The notes: generated by a model from the letters alone, not told the origin. A DNA stretch of 61,636 nucleotides from Dehalococcoidia bacterium (GCA_041481535.1 JBGPBZ010000002.1:1-61636), one strand, 5' to 3'. Positions 42,232-52,645 are shown, numbered from the stretch's first letter. Translations and numbers: made by a program.

Positions 42232-43380
42232 TCAGCCTTCAGCCCGACTGGACAGCGCCCGGCCTTCGGCTCGCGCCCGACCGTGGACGAACATGAAGAC
42301 GAGCATCAGGGCGCAGAGGGCGGGGGTGACGGCGACGCCTTCTCGGGGGCCGGCGGAGGCGAGGACGGCGCCCTGGATGACGGGGAAGACGAGGGCGCCG
42401 GTGTTGCCCATGGTGACCATGGCGGCGGTGGTGCTGGTGGTGCCTTCCTTGAGGCCGACGGCCATTGCGAGGGGCCAGATCGGGCCGAAGGCGAGGCCGG
42501 TGACGAAGGCGGCGGCGAAGGCGAGGGCGAGGACGTCGCCGAAGAGGGTGAGGACGAGGCCCGACGCACCGGCGGCGGCGATGGCGAGAAGGAGGAGGCG
42601 CGCGGGGTCGTGAGTCTGCAGGAGGCGGCCGGTGGCGAGACGGCCGATGGCGAGGGCGCCCCAGTAGCCGCAGGTGACGAGCGCGCCGGCCATGACTCCG
42701 GCTTTGGCGACTCGCTCGGTGTAGGAGGAGACCCAGGCGCCGAGGCCGATCTCCGCGCCGACGTAGAGGAAGAGGACGACGCTCATGATCACGAAGGAGC
42801 GGCGCCAGTTGATGACGAGATGCTCGTCGCCGGCAGCGCCAGCTCTCGGGGTGCGCCAGCAGAAGACGGCGGCGGCGAGAATGGCGGCGGCGAGACCGGC
42901 ATAGGTGAGGGTGACGTCGTCGGTGAGGTCGAGGGTGGCGCCGGCCCAGAGCGGCCCGGCGATGGCGCCGACGGCGAACCAGACGTTGAGGCGGTTGATG
43001 GCGCGCGGGACGTCGTCTGAGGTGATGGTGACGAGCGAGTGGGTGGCGGCGACGACGAAACCGTCGCCGGTGCCGAGGAGGACGGCGGCGGCGAGGACTG
43101 TGGCAAGCGACGTGGCGACGGCGATGCCGGCGAGCCCGCAGGCGGCGACGGCGAGGCCGACGGCGATGAGCAGCCTCGAATCGACGCGGCCGAGGCGGAG
43201 GGAGGTGACGGCGGAGGCGCTGATGGAGCCTGCGGCGAGGGCGGTGAGGACGAAGCCGGCGGTGCCGAGGCCGACGCCGGTCTCACGGGCGAGGAAGGGG
43301 AGTGCGGGGCCGAAGGAGGTGACCCAGAGGCCGCAGCAGAAGAGGCCGAGGTAGGCGGAGGCTTGCGCGCGGGCGTGCAT
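42232..43380 (-). CDS. MFS transporter
   Basis: About 382 aa from ATG 43380 with ~12 hydrophobic segments. The ORF-track N-terminal extension is translated repeat sequence. Confidence 0.75.
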   Translation of the reverse strand: MHARAQASAYLGLFCCGLWVTSFGPALPFLARETGVGLGTAGFVLTALAAGSISASAVTSLRLGRVDSRLLIAVGLAVAACGLAGIAVATSLATVLAAAVLLGTGDGFVVAATHSLVTITSDDVPRAINRLNVWFAVGAIAGPLWAGATLDLTDDVTLTYAGLAAAILAAAVFCWRTPRAGAAGDEHLVINWRRSFVIMSVVLFLYVGAEIGLGAWVSSYTERVAKAGVMAGALVTCGYWGALAIGRLATGRLLQTHDPARLLLLAIAAAGASGLVLTLFGDVLALAFAAAFVTGLAFGPIWPLAMAVGLKEGTTSTTAAMVTMGNTGALVFPVIQGAVLASAGPREGVAVTPALCALMLVFMFVHGRARAEGRALSSRAEG

Positions 43381-43387
43381 GCTCCAA

Positions 43388-43418
43388 GTGTGAATGGTGA
43401 ATAGTGAATAGTGAAAGG
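43388..43418. repeat. Tandem heptamer array (GTGAATA/GTGAATG units)
   Basis: Read directly: gtgtgaatggtgaatagtgaatagtgaaagg. The same family occurs at 46216.. and 49080... Confidence 0.8.
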
Positions 43419-43603
43419 GGCTCGCGAGGCGATGGACGCGGTCTGGGGTATCTGCGCTACGGGCTGGCAACGCGGGAGGTAAGGGGGGGTCATGTGGGGG
43501 AGGTGGAGGGTCAGGGGTTGGGGGTGAAGGGGGAACATTCGTATTGTTGGCCGGTGACACAACTTGCACGTATCCATACTCGATCGGAGTTACGATAGAT
43601 GTG

Positions 43604-44890
43604 ATGCTTTCGGAAAAGTTCAGACGACCGAACAAGCGGACTAATAGGATAATTGCAGATCCAGGGTTCTCACAGAACCGTGCCAACCTTGTCGATTCGT
43701 TGAATCAAACCCTGGACAATCGTGAGGATGGCGAGCAGCTTCTTTATGCCCAATCTGAACTAGCGAATAGTGTCATTCACCTGCATGAGGAACTCCGAAA
43801 GGTCAAGAAAGGCGTTCGTAAGTTCGATACCGAGACTGACCGCGAGCGCTTCGTGGATGCTGCCAAGAGTCTTGTCCACGTCTTGAGAGCAATCGCTGAT
43901 GGTATCGCTTGGCGCTCTCTCGCGTATGATCGGGCTTCCGTACATGAGCTGGCCGCCGGTCACCAAACGGGACATATTGAGCAACACACCGCAACCCAGG
44001 AGATCACGCGGGCAGCCGAAATTCTGTCAGAAGACGATAAGGCCATCGTCTTACTGAATGACCTCACAAATTTCATACGCCTCGGAGATCTAACAATCGT
44101 GAAGGACAATACCGTTGCCTTTCATGAGATAAAAGGCGGGAAGGCTGCTGCCAAGAGTGGTCGAGCCAAGTGGCAACGGAAGCAACTTAAGAAGAAATTG
44201 GAGTTCCTCAACAGCGGCGATCAGCGGGGTGCCGGCGATTATCGAATCGTACGAATAGAAGCGAAGCCGTCATCTCACCATGATGAGCTTTACGAGACCA
44301 TCAATCGTGCCCGGTCGAACGGTCACGCGTCGACGCGCCTATCAGAATCAACCGCGATAACCGTCTTTTACGTCGAAGCCGCCGCAGAAATGGGACTCTC
44401 TCCCAACGACGTTATATCCCATCCGTTCTCGGGGGAGCCGTTTCTCTACACCTATAACAGTGCTGATCTAGTTGGGCTGTTTAGTCGCAACGTGGCGCCG
44501 TATTCGATCTTCTCGCTGCCTCCTGAAGACAGAGTCGACTTAATGATGGGCAAGCTGGTGGTTGTCACATGGCTTGATGCCCGCAGGCTAATGCGTGCAG
44601 TCGAATCAAGAGGTTTGAGTGCTGTCTTGCCGACGAGGTCGGATTTTGATCGGCTTCCCGACAACATCATGCCGGGACAAATCAAAGACTACCAGCTGGA
44701 TGTCGCCATCAAATTTGGGAATGGTCGCCATTTTTTGGTACTTCCGATTGCGTGCATGTTGCGAGTGGGCTACGAGTTACTCACGGAGTACTCCTTCGCG
44801 GACATGATCGACGAAGGTCTGGCAAATGCAGGATCTGATAACGAAAAATTCTATCAGGCATTCAAAGAGGAGTACTGGTTATGGGACTAG
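43604..44890 (+). CDS. AT-rich orphan protein with a PD-(D/E)xK-like motif (function unknown)
   Basis: 428 aa from ATG 43604. Segment GD-LTIVKDNTVAFH-E-I-K. No family recognised. Composition is clearly foreign to its neighbours. Confidence 0.6.
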   Translation: MLSEKFRRPNKRTNRIIADPGFSQNRANLVDSLNQTLDNREDGEQLLYAQSELANSVIHLHEELRKVKKGVRKFDTETDRERFVDAAKSLVHVLRAIADGIAWRSLAYDRASVHELAAGHQTGHIEQHTATQEITRAAEILSEDDKAIVLLNDLTNFIRLGDLTIVKDNTVAFHEIKGGKAAAKSGRAKWQRKQLKKKLEFLNSGDQRGAGDYRIVRIEAKPSSHHDELYETINRARSNGHASTRLSESTAITVFYVEAAAEMGLSPNDVISHPFSGEPFLYTYNSADLVGLFSRNVAPYSIFSLPPEDRVDLMMGKLVVVTWLDARRLMRAVESRGLSAVLPTRSDFDRLPDNIMPGQIKDYQLDVAIKFGNGRHFLVLPIACMLRVGYELLTEYSFADMIDEGLANAGSDNEKFYQAFKEEYWLWD

Positions 44891-44895
44891 CGATC

Positions 44896-46137
44896 TCACA
44901 ACCCCACCTTAAGCTCCGCCAGGCCGCGGATCGTGATCTGGTCTTTGTACCGCAGCTGCTCTGACTCCAAACGCATTGTGGGGAAGCGCTGGACGAGGGA
45001 GCGAAGGGCGAGCTGGCCTTCGAGGCGGGCGAGGGGGGCGCCGAGGCAGAAGTGGATGCCGTAGCCGAAGGCGATGTGGTTGGTGCTGTTGCGGGTGATG
45101 TCGAAGCGGCCGGGGTCTTCGAAGACGGCGGCGTCTCGGTTGGCGGCGCCGATGAGCTGCATGACGAAGTCGCCTGCGTTCACGGTGACGCCGGCGATCT
45201 CGACGGTCTCCAGGGCGATGCGGCCGTCGAACTGGACGGGCGGGTCGTAGCGCAGGACTTCTTCGACGACGCTCGGTGCGAGATCAAGGTTTGCGCGGAA
45301 GCGGGCGAGCTCGTCCGGGTGCTGGAGGAGCTGGAGGACGCCGTTGCCGATGAGGTTGACGGTCGTCTCGTGGCCGGCGATCAGCAGGAGCGTGCAGGTG
45401 GAGAGCAACTCGGCTTCGGAAAGCTTGTCGCCCTCGTCCTCGGCGGCGATCAGGGCTGAGAGCAGGTCGGGGCCCGGGTTCTTGCGGCGCTGGGCGGCGA
45501 GCTCGCGGAAGTAGACGCGCGAGTCGGCGACGGCCTTCGTGCGGCGGGCGATGACGTCTTCGGGCTGGCCGATCGCGGGGTCGAGCGACTTCGCCAGCTC
45601 CACCGACCAACCGCCGAAGATCGGCTGGTCTTCCTTCGGGACGCCGAGCATCTCGCAGATCACAGCGACGGGCAGCGGGTAAGCGAGGTCAGCGATCGCC
45701 TCCATCGAGCCCTTCGCTTCGATCTTGTCCAGGAGCTCATCGACGATCTCTTGTATGCGCGGGCGCATCGCCTCGACGGTCTTGGCGCTGAAGGCGTGGT
45801 TCACGAGGCGGCGCAGGCGGGTGTGGTCGGGCGGGTCCATGAACAAGAACGGGCGGTCGTTCTCAGAGACACCGTCTGTGGGGGAGCCCATGCTGCTGTT
45901 CTCATCGACAAACGATTTCTGAATCGGCTGGTAGAAGGGCGACTTGCGGTCGTCGCTGCTGAAGCGTTTCGGGTCGCGCAGGATCGCGATGCAGTCGGCG
46001 TGACGGGCGAAAGCGCGGACACCGAAGGGCGTCAGGTGGACGGGGTCTTCGGCGAGAATGCGCTCGTAGACGGGGTAAGGGTTGGCGCGGAAGGCGGGAT
46101 CGATCGGGTTGAAGACGAGCGGTTGCGTTGTCGTCAT
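44896..46137 (-). CDS. Cytochrome P450
   Basis: Haem-binding FGYGIHFCLGAPLA and I-helix LLLIAGHETT. Start at ATG 46137 follows AAAGGAG. Confidence 0.9.
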   Translation of the reverse strand: MTTTQPLVFNPIDPAFRANPYPVYERILAEDPVHLTPFGVRAFARHADCIAILRDPKRFSSDDRKSPFYQPIQKSFVDENSSMGSPTDGVSENDRPFLFMDPPDHTRLRRLVNHAFSAKTVEAMRPRIQEIVDELLDKIEAKGSMEAIADLAYPLPVAVICEMLGVPKEDQPIFGGWSVELAKSLDPAIGQPEDVIARRTKAVADSRVYFRELAAQRRKNPGPDLLSALIAAEDEGDKLSEAELLSTCTLLLIAGHETTVNLIGNGVLQLLQHPDELARFRANLDLAPSVVEEVLRYDPPVQFDGRIALETVEIAGVTVNAGDFVMQLIGAANRDAAVFEDPGRFDITRNSTNHIAFGYGIHFCLGAPLARLEGQLALRSLVQRFPTMRLESEQLRYKDQITIRGLAELKVGL

Positions 46138-46215
46138 GACGTGGCTCCTTTGGCTTGTGGGGGGATTATCGCATGGGGGAGAGGCGTCGATGGCGTGATG
46201 GGACGCACGTGGGGG

Positions 46216-46286
46216 GAATAGTGAATGGTGAAGAGTGAATAGTGAAGGGTGAAAGTGCGAGGTTTGAGGCGTGAGGTGCGAGGGGG
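46216..46286. repeat. Compound heptamer array (GTGAATA-type units followed by GCGAGGT-type units)
   Basis: Read directly: gaatagtgaatggtgaagagtgaatagtgaagggtgaaagtgcgaggtttgaggcgtgaggtgcgaggggg. More GCGAGGTG units follow at 46344..46361. Confidence 0.8.
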
Positions 46287-46326
46287 CCCTCACCCCTGAC
46301 CCCTCTCCCGTGCGCGGGAGAGGGGC
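46286..46326. repeat. Family-B hairpin repeat
   Basis: Read directly: gccctcacccctgacccctctcccgtgcgcgggagaggggc. Confidence 0.75.
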
Positions 46327-46629
46327 AATAAGTTGGGCGCTATGTGCGAGGTGCGAGGGGGCAAAGAAAAAGCTTCTCGAGTGAGGCACACTCGTCCGGG
46401 TTCCGGGTCTGACCGGCGCTCCGGGTTGCCCCTTCGTGCCTGCCGAGTCCTTTCACCCTGACTCGCTGCGTCTCGATCCGAGAAGCAAGGTGATCATGCC
46501 GCAGGTTGGCGAGGGTGCCAATACGTTTGTCCACAGGGCCAACAAATCCACATTGCGCAAACAGTTAAGCATCAATCGTCAAACAGGGCGGTGGTGGCTG
46601 AGAGGTTGAGTTGGTGCGAGAATCGCGGC

Positions 46630-47484
46630 ATGGAACTGGATCGCGAGCTGGAGCGGCTACTGGTGCAGGCGGCGCTGGCGGAGGACCGGGCGGCGGAAGA
46701 TGTGACGACGGCGGCGCTGGTGCCGGCGGAGCAGTCCGGGCGGGCGGAGCTGATAGCGAAGGAGCAGGGAGTGCTCGCCGGGCTGGTGTTCGCGCGAGAG
46801 GCGTTCGCGGCGGTCGATGCGAAGTTGCGGTGGACAGAGGCGGCGAAGGACGGCGATCGCGTGCAGCCGGGGCAGGTGGTGGCGCGAGTCGAGGGCTCGC
46901 TGGCGGCGATCCTGCGAGGCGAACGCGTGGCGTTGAATTTCGTTTGTCATCTGAGCGGGGTGGCAACGGCGGCGAACGACGTCGTGCGGCTGCTCGAGGG
47001 AACGAACTGCAAGCTGCGCGACACCCGGAAGACGACGCCGGGGCTGCGCGTCGCGGAGAAGTACGCGACGCACGTCGGTGGGGCGACGAACCACCGCTTC
47101 GACCTGGCGGATGGAGTGCTGATCAAGGACAACCACATCGCGGCGGTGCGCGCGCGCGACCTGAGCATTAGCGATGCCGTGCGATTGGCGCGCGTGGCGA
47201 ACCCGCACATGCGCGTTGAGTGCGAGGTGACGGACATGGCGGAGGTGATCGACGCGGCGTCGGCGGATGTGGATGAGCTGCTGCTCGACAATATGACGCC
47301 GGACGAAGTGCGGGAGATCGTACGCAAGCTGGGGCCGGCGCGGCCGGTGCTGGAGGCGTCGGGCGGTATCACGGCCGAGAACGCGCGGGCGTATGCGGAG
47401 GCGGGCGTGGACTACATCTCGATGGGGGCGATTACGCACTCGGCGCGAGCGCTGGATTTTTCGCTGGAGGTGGTGGCGGAGTAG
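46630..47484 (+). CDS. nadC: Nicotinate-nucleotide pyrophosphorylase (carboxylating)
   Basis: Blocks RVALNF..SGVAT, DTRKTTPGLR, HRFDL.D..LIKDNH and LDNM. Confidence 0.9.
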   Translation: MELDRELERLLVQAALAEDRAAEDVTTAALVPAEQSGRAELIAKEQGVLAGLVFAREAFAAVDAKLRWTEAAKDGDRVQPGQVVARVEGSLAAILRGERVALNFVCHLSGVATAANDVVRLLEGTNCKLRDTRKTTPGLRVAEKYATHVGGATNHRFDLADGVLIKDNHIAAVRARDLSISDAVRLARVANPHMRVECEVTDMAEVIDAASADVDELLLDNMTPDEVREIVRKLGPARPVLEASGGITAENARAYAEAGVDYISMGAITHSARALDFSLEVVAE

Positions 47485-47610
47485 AAGGACTTCGGCAGGC
47501 TCAGTCGGCGGGTCCGCCTGGCGGCGGACGGTCCTTCGACGGGCTCAGGATGAGCGGGGATTTGGGCGGCGCGGGCGCTGGAGGTTTCGCTGGAGGTAGT
47601 GGCGGAGTAA
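47485..47610 (+). repeat. 82-nt inserted element (47485..47566) plus a 44-nt duplicate of the nadC 3' end (47567..47610)
   Basis: 47441..47484 and 47567..47610 match at 39 of 44 nt, and each ends in a stop codon. The interior carries the ..CTTCGACGGGCTCAGGATGAGCGG.. motif. Confidence 0.75.
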
Positions 47611-47652
47611 CACGGCCGGCGGCGGGACGTCTTACTGCGGAGGACATCTGCC

Positions 47653-48612
47653 ATGAGCGCTCGTACATTCGCTGACCGCGCTGACGTGCGATTCCGCGGG
47701 AAGAAGCCGCCGGTGACGTTCGCTGCCGTGCCGATGCTCGTCTCGGCCGCAGTCGGCGCCTTGTTCTGGTTCGCCGGGTGGCGCGTGGACGTTAGGCTGG
47801 TTCTCCTCGGTGGTGTCGCCGTCTTCTGGACGACTGGGTTGTACCTGCTCTCCATTTTTCACAACTACATCGCCCTCGACGTGACTAACGCGCGCGTTGC
47901 GACATGGCTGTCGAGTCCGTTCAAGGAACAGACCGTGCCGTATGAATCGATAGTCGAGATTCTTACGGACGAGACAACCGGCGAGTTAACGATCAAGTTC
48001 GTTAACCAGCTTGGTGAGCGCGATTACACGGGCCTTTTGGTCGACAAAGTCTCCCCCTCCGATGTCAAGGATCAGATCCGAATCCGGCTGCCCCGAGACG
48101 TTGAACCGAATGTGCAGCCTGAAACGCCTTCCCCTGTCATCGATCAGCAAGATCTGCCCACCGGGAAGGACTCAATGAAGTTCACCGTGTGGCGCATGCC
48201 GCGGTGGCCTTGGTTCCTGGCCGCGGCGGCACCCGTCGTAGCGACGATCGTGTTGATCGCGAATGGTCATGACTTGACTCCGCTCCGAATATTCGGCGCC
48301 ACCGTCTTCTTCGAGGCCGTCGCTCTGGGTATCTTCGCGATTTTCGCCGGGAGAAGGCGCCTCGAGCTTCGAGCCGACAAGCTAATCATCACACATCCCC
48401 GCGACTATCACCGCATTCGCTACGAAGACATCAAGAGGGTTACGCCTTACGAGACAGGCTACCTCGTCGTCGACTATACGAAACAACCGAAGTTGGGGCT
48501 CGGCGGTGGCGACGAGACCGCCTCCACTCGCCTGCTCAAACATTCAGAGTCTGCAACAGCCGCCGCGTATATTCTGGCGGCCGTCGAACGATCTAAACAC
48601 TTGGCGAACTAG
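47653..48612 (+). CDS. Membrane protein made of two (2-TM + PH-like) modules; function unknown
   Basis: 319 aa with two hydrophobic hairpins, each followed by a ~90-aa soluble segment. GC is somewhat lower than the neighbours. RBS GGAGG. Confidence 0.55.
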   Translation: MSARTFADRADVRFRGKKPPVTFAAVPMLVSAAVGALFWFAGWRVDVRLVLLGGVAVFWTTGLYLLSIFHNYIALDVTNARVATWLSSPFKEQTVPYESIVEILTDETTGELTIKFVNQLGERDYTGLLVDKVSPSDVKDQIRIRLPRDVEPNVQPETPSPVIDQQDLPTGKDSMKFTVWRMPRWPWFLAAAAPVVATIVLIANGHDLTPLRIFGATVFFEAVALGIFAIFAGRRRLELRADKLIITHPRDYHRIRYEDIKRVTPYETGYLVVDYTKQPKLGLGGGDETASTRLLKHSESATAAAYILAAVERSKHLAN

Positions 48613-49076
48613 TTCCCCCGTCGCGGCTTCTCCAAGTCGCTCGAATCGATCACGATGGTCACCGGCCCGTCGTTTAGCAAATCGACGTCCATGTGGGCGC
48701 CGAAGCGGCCGGTTTTGGTGGGGACGCCGAGGTCGTGGAGGGATTTGGCGAAGGCTTCGACGAGAGGCTCGGCGATTTCGGGGGCGGCGGCGCGGGTGAA
48801 GCTGGGGCGGCGGCCTTTTCGGACGTCGGCGAGGAGGGTGAACTGGGAGACGACGAGCGCTTCGCCCTCTGCCTCGAGAAGCGAGCGGTTGAACTTGCCC
48901 TCGTCGTCGCGGAAGATGCGCATTTCGGCGCACTTGGTGGCTAGACGCTGCGACTCGGCCGTGTCATCGCCCTGCTCGGCGCCGACGAGCAGCAGCAGGC
49001 CGGCGCCGATTGAGGCGACGATCTCGCCGTCGACGGCGACGGTGGCTCGGGAGACGCGCTGGAGGACGACGCGCAT
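48609..49076 (-). CDS. dtd: D-aminoacyl-tRNA deacylase
   Basis: 155 aa: [19 protein letters not shown]...D......KC..MRIF.D..GK.N.SL......LVVSQFTL. Confidence 0.9.
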   Translation of the reverse strand: MRVVLQRVSRATVAVDGEIVASIGAGLLLLVGAEQGDDTAESQRLATKCAEMRIFRDDEGKFNRSLLEAEGEALVVSQFTLLADVRKGRRPSFTRAAAPEIAEPLVEAFAKSLHDLGVPTKTGRFGAHMDVDLLNDGPVTIVIDSSDLEKPRRGN

Positions 49077-49079
49077 TTC

Positions 49080-49114
49080 GAATAGTGAATGGTGAATGTT
49101 GAATAGTGAAGGGG
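49080..49114. repeat. Tandem heptamer array (GTGAATA family) abutting the dtd start
   Basis: Read directly: gaatagtgaatggtgaatgttgaatagtgaagggg. Confidence 0.8.
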
Positions 49115-49118
49115 ACGG

Positions 49119-49445
49119 TTAGTCGGCGGCTTTGTCGGACTTTTTGGGGGGCTTGGCGGTCGCGTCGTGGGAGTGGCCGCCGGCGCCGTGGGAGTGGCCG
49201 TTGTCGCTGGAGGCGGCGGGTGCGGGCGAGTCGCTGGTGGAAGACGTTTCGCTGGCGGAGGAGCTGGTGGAGCGACGGTTGTCGGTGCTGTAGAAGCCGC
49301 TGCCCTTGAAGATGACGGCGGGCCTGCTGATCAGACGCTTGGCCTTGGCCCCGCAAACGATGCACTTTTGCTCGGTGGGCGCGGAAAAGCCTTCGGTCTT
49401 CTCGTAGTCGTGGCCTTTGCTGCAGCGGTATTCGTATACGGGCAT
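49119..49445 (-). CDS. FmdB-family zinc-ribbon protein
   Basis: MPVYEYRCSKGHDYE...CIVCGAKAKRLIS with a Ser/His-rich tail. Confidence 0.8.
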   Translation of the reverse strand: MPVYEYRCSKGHDYEKTEGFSAPTEQKCIVCGAKAKRLISRPAVIFKGSGFYSTDNRRSTSSSASETSSTSDSPAPAASSDNGHSHGAGGHSHDATAKPPKKSDKAAD

Positions 49446-49609
49446 TTGTTGGTGCTCCTGATTTGAGTATAGCTGGGCGGGCGCTTAGGTGTGAAGAATC
49501 GCGGGTGGAACGAGGGAAGGGGCTCGCGGCGAATACTTGATCCCTGTTCCCAGTTCCCGGTTCCTTCCCGTATACTGTTCGTTCGGGCACTGAAAAGGAG
49601 AAGTTCGTA

Positions 49610-50641
49610 TTGTCTACACCGGTATCGATGAAATCCCTGCTTGAGGCAGGCGTGCACTTCGGGCACCAGACGAGGCGCTGGAACCCGAAGATGCGTAAGT
49701 ACATCTTCACAGAGCGCAACGGCATCCATATCCTGGACCTGCAGCAGACGGTGGGCCTCCTGGACGAGGCCTGCACGTTCGTGCGGGACCTGGTGGCCGA
49801 GGGCGGCACGGTCCTGTTCGTCGGGACGAAGCGCCAGGCGCAGGAGGCGATCCAGAGCGAGGCGCAGCGCTGCGGCATGCCGCACGTGACGACTCGCTGG
49901 CTGGGTGGCACGATGACCAACTTCCAGACGATCCAGGCGCGAATCGACTACCTGGTGCGGCTGGAGGACTCGAAGGCGCGCGGCGAGTTCGAGATGATGT
50001 CCAAGAAGGACCGGCTCCTGAAAGAGGAGGAGATCCTGCGCCTGAACCGCTATCTTGGCGGGATCAAGGAGATGACGGCTCTGCCGGCGGCGATCTACAT
50101 CGTCGACACGACGAAGGAAGACATCGCGGTCGCTGAAGCGCTGCGCATGGGCATCCCGATCGTCTCTCTCGTAGACACCAACTGCAACCCGGACGTGATC
50201 GACTATCCGATTCCTTCGAACGATGACGCTATCCGGGCGATCAAGCTGATCACCGGGAAGATGGCAGACGCAGTGCTCGACGGCCTGACGGCGCGCGAGT
50301 TTGCTGCCCAGGCAGCGCTCGAGGCGGAAGACGTTGAAGTCGGCGCGTACACGGAGCAGGGCTACGTAGCGTCACCGGACGAGGTGTCGCCTGCGGACAT
50401 CCGGGCGGCGGAGGAGAAGGTGGCGGCGGACCAGGCAGCAGCCGATCAGGCGGCAGCCGCAGTGGTGGAAGCCGAGCAAGCCGCCGCGGTAGCAGAAGCC
50501 GCCGCTGTTGAGGCGGCCGCGGCAGAAGCTCTGGCAGTTGCCGCGGAGCCGGATACGACGGCCAAGGCCGGCGCTGAGCCAACCGTTGAGGCCGCCCCCG
50601 AGACTCCCGAAGAGCCGTCCGGCGAGACAGCGTCGAGCTAA
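49610..50641 (+). CDS. rpsB: 30S ribosomal protein S2, with a long Ala/Glu-rich C-terminal extension
   Basis: [23 protein letters not shown]... TTG start follows AAAGGAGAAG. Confidence 0.95.
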   Translation: MSTPVSMKSLLEAGVHFGHQTRRWNPKMRKYIFTERNGIHILDLQQTVGLLDEACTFVRDLVAEGGTVLFVGTKRQAQEAIQSEAQRCGMPHVTTRWLGGTMTNFQTIQARIDYLVRLEDSKARGEFEMMSKKDRLLKEEEILRLNRYLGGIKEMTALPAAIYIVDTTKEDIAVAEALRMGIPIVSLVDTNCNPDVIDYPIPSNDDAIRAIKLITGKMADAVLDGLTAREFAAQAALEAEDVEVGAYTEQGYVASPDEVSPADIRAAEEKVAADQAAADQAAAAVVEAEQAAAVAEAAAVEAAAAEALAVAAEPDTTAKAGAEPTVEAAPETPEEPSGETASS

Positions 50642-50667
50642 CCCCAAACCAGGAGCAACAACCGAAA

Positions 50668-51174
50668 ATGGCGATCTCTGCAACTGACGTTAAAGAACTG
50701 CGCGAGCGAACGGGCGCCGGCATGCTTGAGTGCAAGCAGGCGCTGGAGTCTGCGAACGGCGATCTCGACAAGGCGATGCTCGCTCTCAAGGAGAAGGGTC
50801 ACGCGCTCGCTGCAAAGCGGGCCGAGCGCGAGACGTTCGAGGGCATCATCGGCTCGTACATGCACCACAACCACCGCGTGGGCACGCTGGTCGAAGTGAA
50901 CTGCGAGTCGGACTTTGTGGCGCGCACGGACGACTTCAAGCACCTCGTGGCCGCCGTGGCCCTGCAGGTCGCCGGTACCAATCCGAAGTACCTCTCGAAG
51001 GACGACATGCCGAAGGGCAGCGAGGACGACCCGAAAGAGGTCTGCCTGCTCGAACAGTCGTATCTGAAGGACGAGTCGAAGACGATAGGCGATATGGTGA
51101 AGGACACGATTGGGAAGACGGGCGAGAACATCCGGATCCGCCGTTTCGCCCGGTTCGAGCTGGGACAGGATTAG
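50668..51174 (+). CDS. tsf: Elongation factor Ts (short form)
   Basis: VKELRERTGAGMLECKQAL...DFVARTDDF. Confidence 0.9.
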   Translation: MAISATDVKELRERTGAGMLECKQALESANGDLDKAMLALKEKGHALAAKRAERETFEGIIGSYMHHNHRVGTLVEVNCESDFVARTDDFKHLVAAVALQVAGTNPKYLSKDDMPKGSEDDPKEVCLLEQSYLKDESKTIGDMVKDTIGKTGENIRIRRFARFELGQD

Positions 51175-51241
51175 ACAGCGAAACCCGCGCCCGCCGTCCG
51201 CCTGAGGCGGATTGGCGGGCTTTTGCTAAACTGGAGACTCG

Positions 51242-52015
51242 ATGGCGACGAAGCCGGCCTACAGGCGGATCGTGCTCAAGCTGAGCGGTGAGGCCCTCCA
51301 GGGCGACGAGCCGTACGGTATCGACCCCGGCACCCTCACCACAATCGCCCAGCAGGTGAAGCGCGTGAGCGAGCTTGGCACGGAGCTGGCGATCGTCGTC
51401 GGCGGCGGGAACATCCTTCGCGGCTCCGCGGCGGAAGCGGCCGGGATGGACCGCGCGACGGGCGACTACGCCGGCATGCTCGCCACGATGATCAACGCTC
51501 TCGCCCTCCAGGACGCGCTCGAACAAGTGGGCGTCGACGTGCGCACGCAGTCCGCGATCTCGGTGACAGCGGTGGCCGAACCGTACATTCGCCGCCGGGC
51601 GATGCGGCACCTCGAGAAGGGGCGAGTGGTCATCTTCGCGGCGGGGACGGGCAATCCCTACATGACCACGGACACGGCAGCGGCCCTGCGCGGCATCGAG
51701 ATCGACGCGGACGTGCTGCTGATGGCGAAGAAGAACGTGGACGGGGTGTACGAGGCCGACCCGCACGAAGACCCGACGGCGCGGCGATTCCTGACGCTCT
51801 CGTACCTTGATGCGCTGAACCGGCGTTTACAGGTCATGGACTCGACGGCGCTCTCGCTTTGCATGGAGAACTCGTTCCCTGTGGTCGTTTTCAACCTGCG
51901 CGACCCGGACAGCATCGTGCGCGCGGCCTCGGGCGAGGAGATCGGGACGCGAGTCGGGGATATGCCGACGACGATGGCCGAAGCACCGCCAGCGAAAGTC
52001 AGTGGTAAGAGGTAA
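51242..52015 (+). CDS. pyrH: UMP kinase
   Basis: [13 protein letters not shown]...[11 protein letters not shown]... Confidence 0.95.
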   Translation: MATKPAYRRIVLKLSGEALQGDEPYGIDPGTLTTIAQQVKRVSELGTELAIVVGGGNILRGSAAEAAGMDRATGDYAGMLATMINALALQDALEQVGVDVRTQSAISVTAVAEPYIRRRAMRHLEKGRVVIFAAGTGNPYMTTDTAAALRGIEIDADVLLMAKKNVDGVYEADPHEDPTARRFLTLSYLDALNRRLQVMDSTALSLCMENSFPVVVFNLRDPDSIVRAASGEEIGTRVGDMPTTMAEAPPAKVSGKR

Positions 52016-52017
52016 AG

Positions 52018-52575
52018 ATGGTCCAGGAACAGATCACCGACGCGAAGTCACGCATGCACAAGGCGGTGGAGGCCCTCAAGCACGAGTTGCAGACGGTGCG
52101 GACCGGCCGTGCCAGCACCGGTCTCGTCGAGCACCTCAAGGTGGAGTACTACGGCACGCCGACGCCGCTCCAGCAGCTGGCGACGATCAGCACGCCGGAC
52201 GCCAAGCTCATCGTGATCACGCCGTACGACAAGACGGCGCTGGGCGCGATCGAGAAGGCGATCCAGAAGTCAGACCTCGGTCTGACGCCGAGCAACGACG
52301 GGAGCGTCGTCAGGCTCTCCATCCCGGCTCTTACGGAGGAGCGACGGAAAGAGCTGGCCAAGCACATCCGCAAGCGCGTCGAGGAGGCACGAGTCGCCGT
52401 GCGCAATGTGCGCCGCGACGTCCACGACCACCTGCGCAAGCTGGAGCACGACCACTCGATATCGCAGGACGACCTCAAGCGCTCCGAGGTGGATCTGCAG
52501 AAGCTAACGGACGAGCAAGTGACCGAGGTGGACAACATCGGTGAGGAGAAGGAGCAGGAGGTCCTCACGGTTTGA
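52018..52575 (+). CDS. frr: Ribosome recycling factor
   Basis: LQTVRTGRAS..L...V.YYG..TPL.Q.A.IS... Confidence 0.95.
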   Translation: MVQEQITDAKSRMHKAVEALKHELQTVRTGRASTGLVEHLKVEYYGTPTPLQQLATISTPDAKLIVITPYDKTALGAIEKAIQKSDLGLTPSNDGSVVRLSIPALTEERRKELAKHIRKRVEEARVAVRNVRRDVHDHLRKLEHDHSISQDDLKRSEVDLQKLTDEQVTEVDNIGEEKEQEVLTV

Positions 52576-52578
52576 TGT

Positions 52579-52629
52579 TCCTTCGAGACGCTGCTTCGCT
52601 TCGCTGCGCCACTCCTCAGGATGAGCGGG
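52579..52629 (+). repeat. ~50-bp element TCCTTCGAGACG...CTCCTCAGGATGAGCGG, copy b
   Basis: Matches 1086..1136. Fills the frr-uppS gap. Confidence 0.7.
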
Positions 52630-52645
52630 ATATCGAGCTATACTG

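Noticed and set aside
46390-46629. Possible NAD+ riboswitch, NrtR/NiaR operator or 38-codon ORF (ATG 46497) in the 240-nt gap upstream of nadC.
   Set aside because: I could not match any motif with confidence, and the small ORF has no RBS or coding signature. The region is left unannotated; cmscan would decide.
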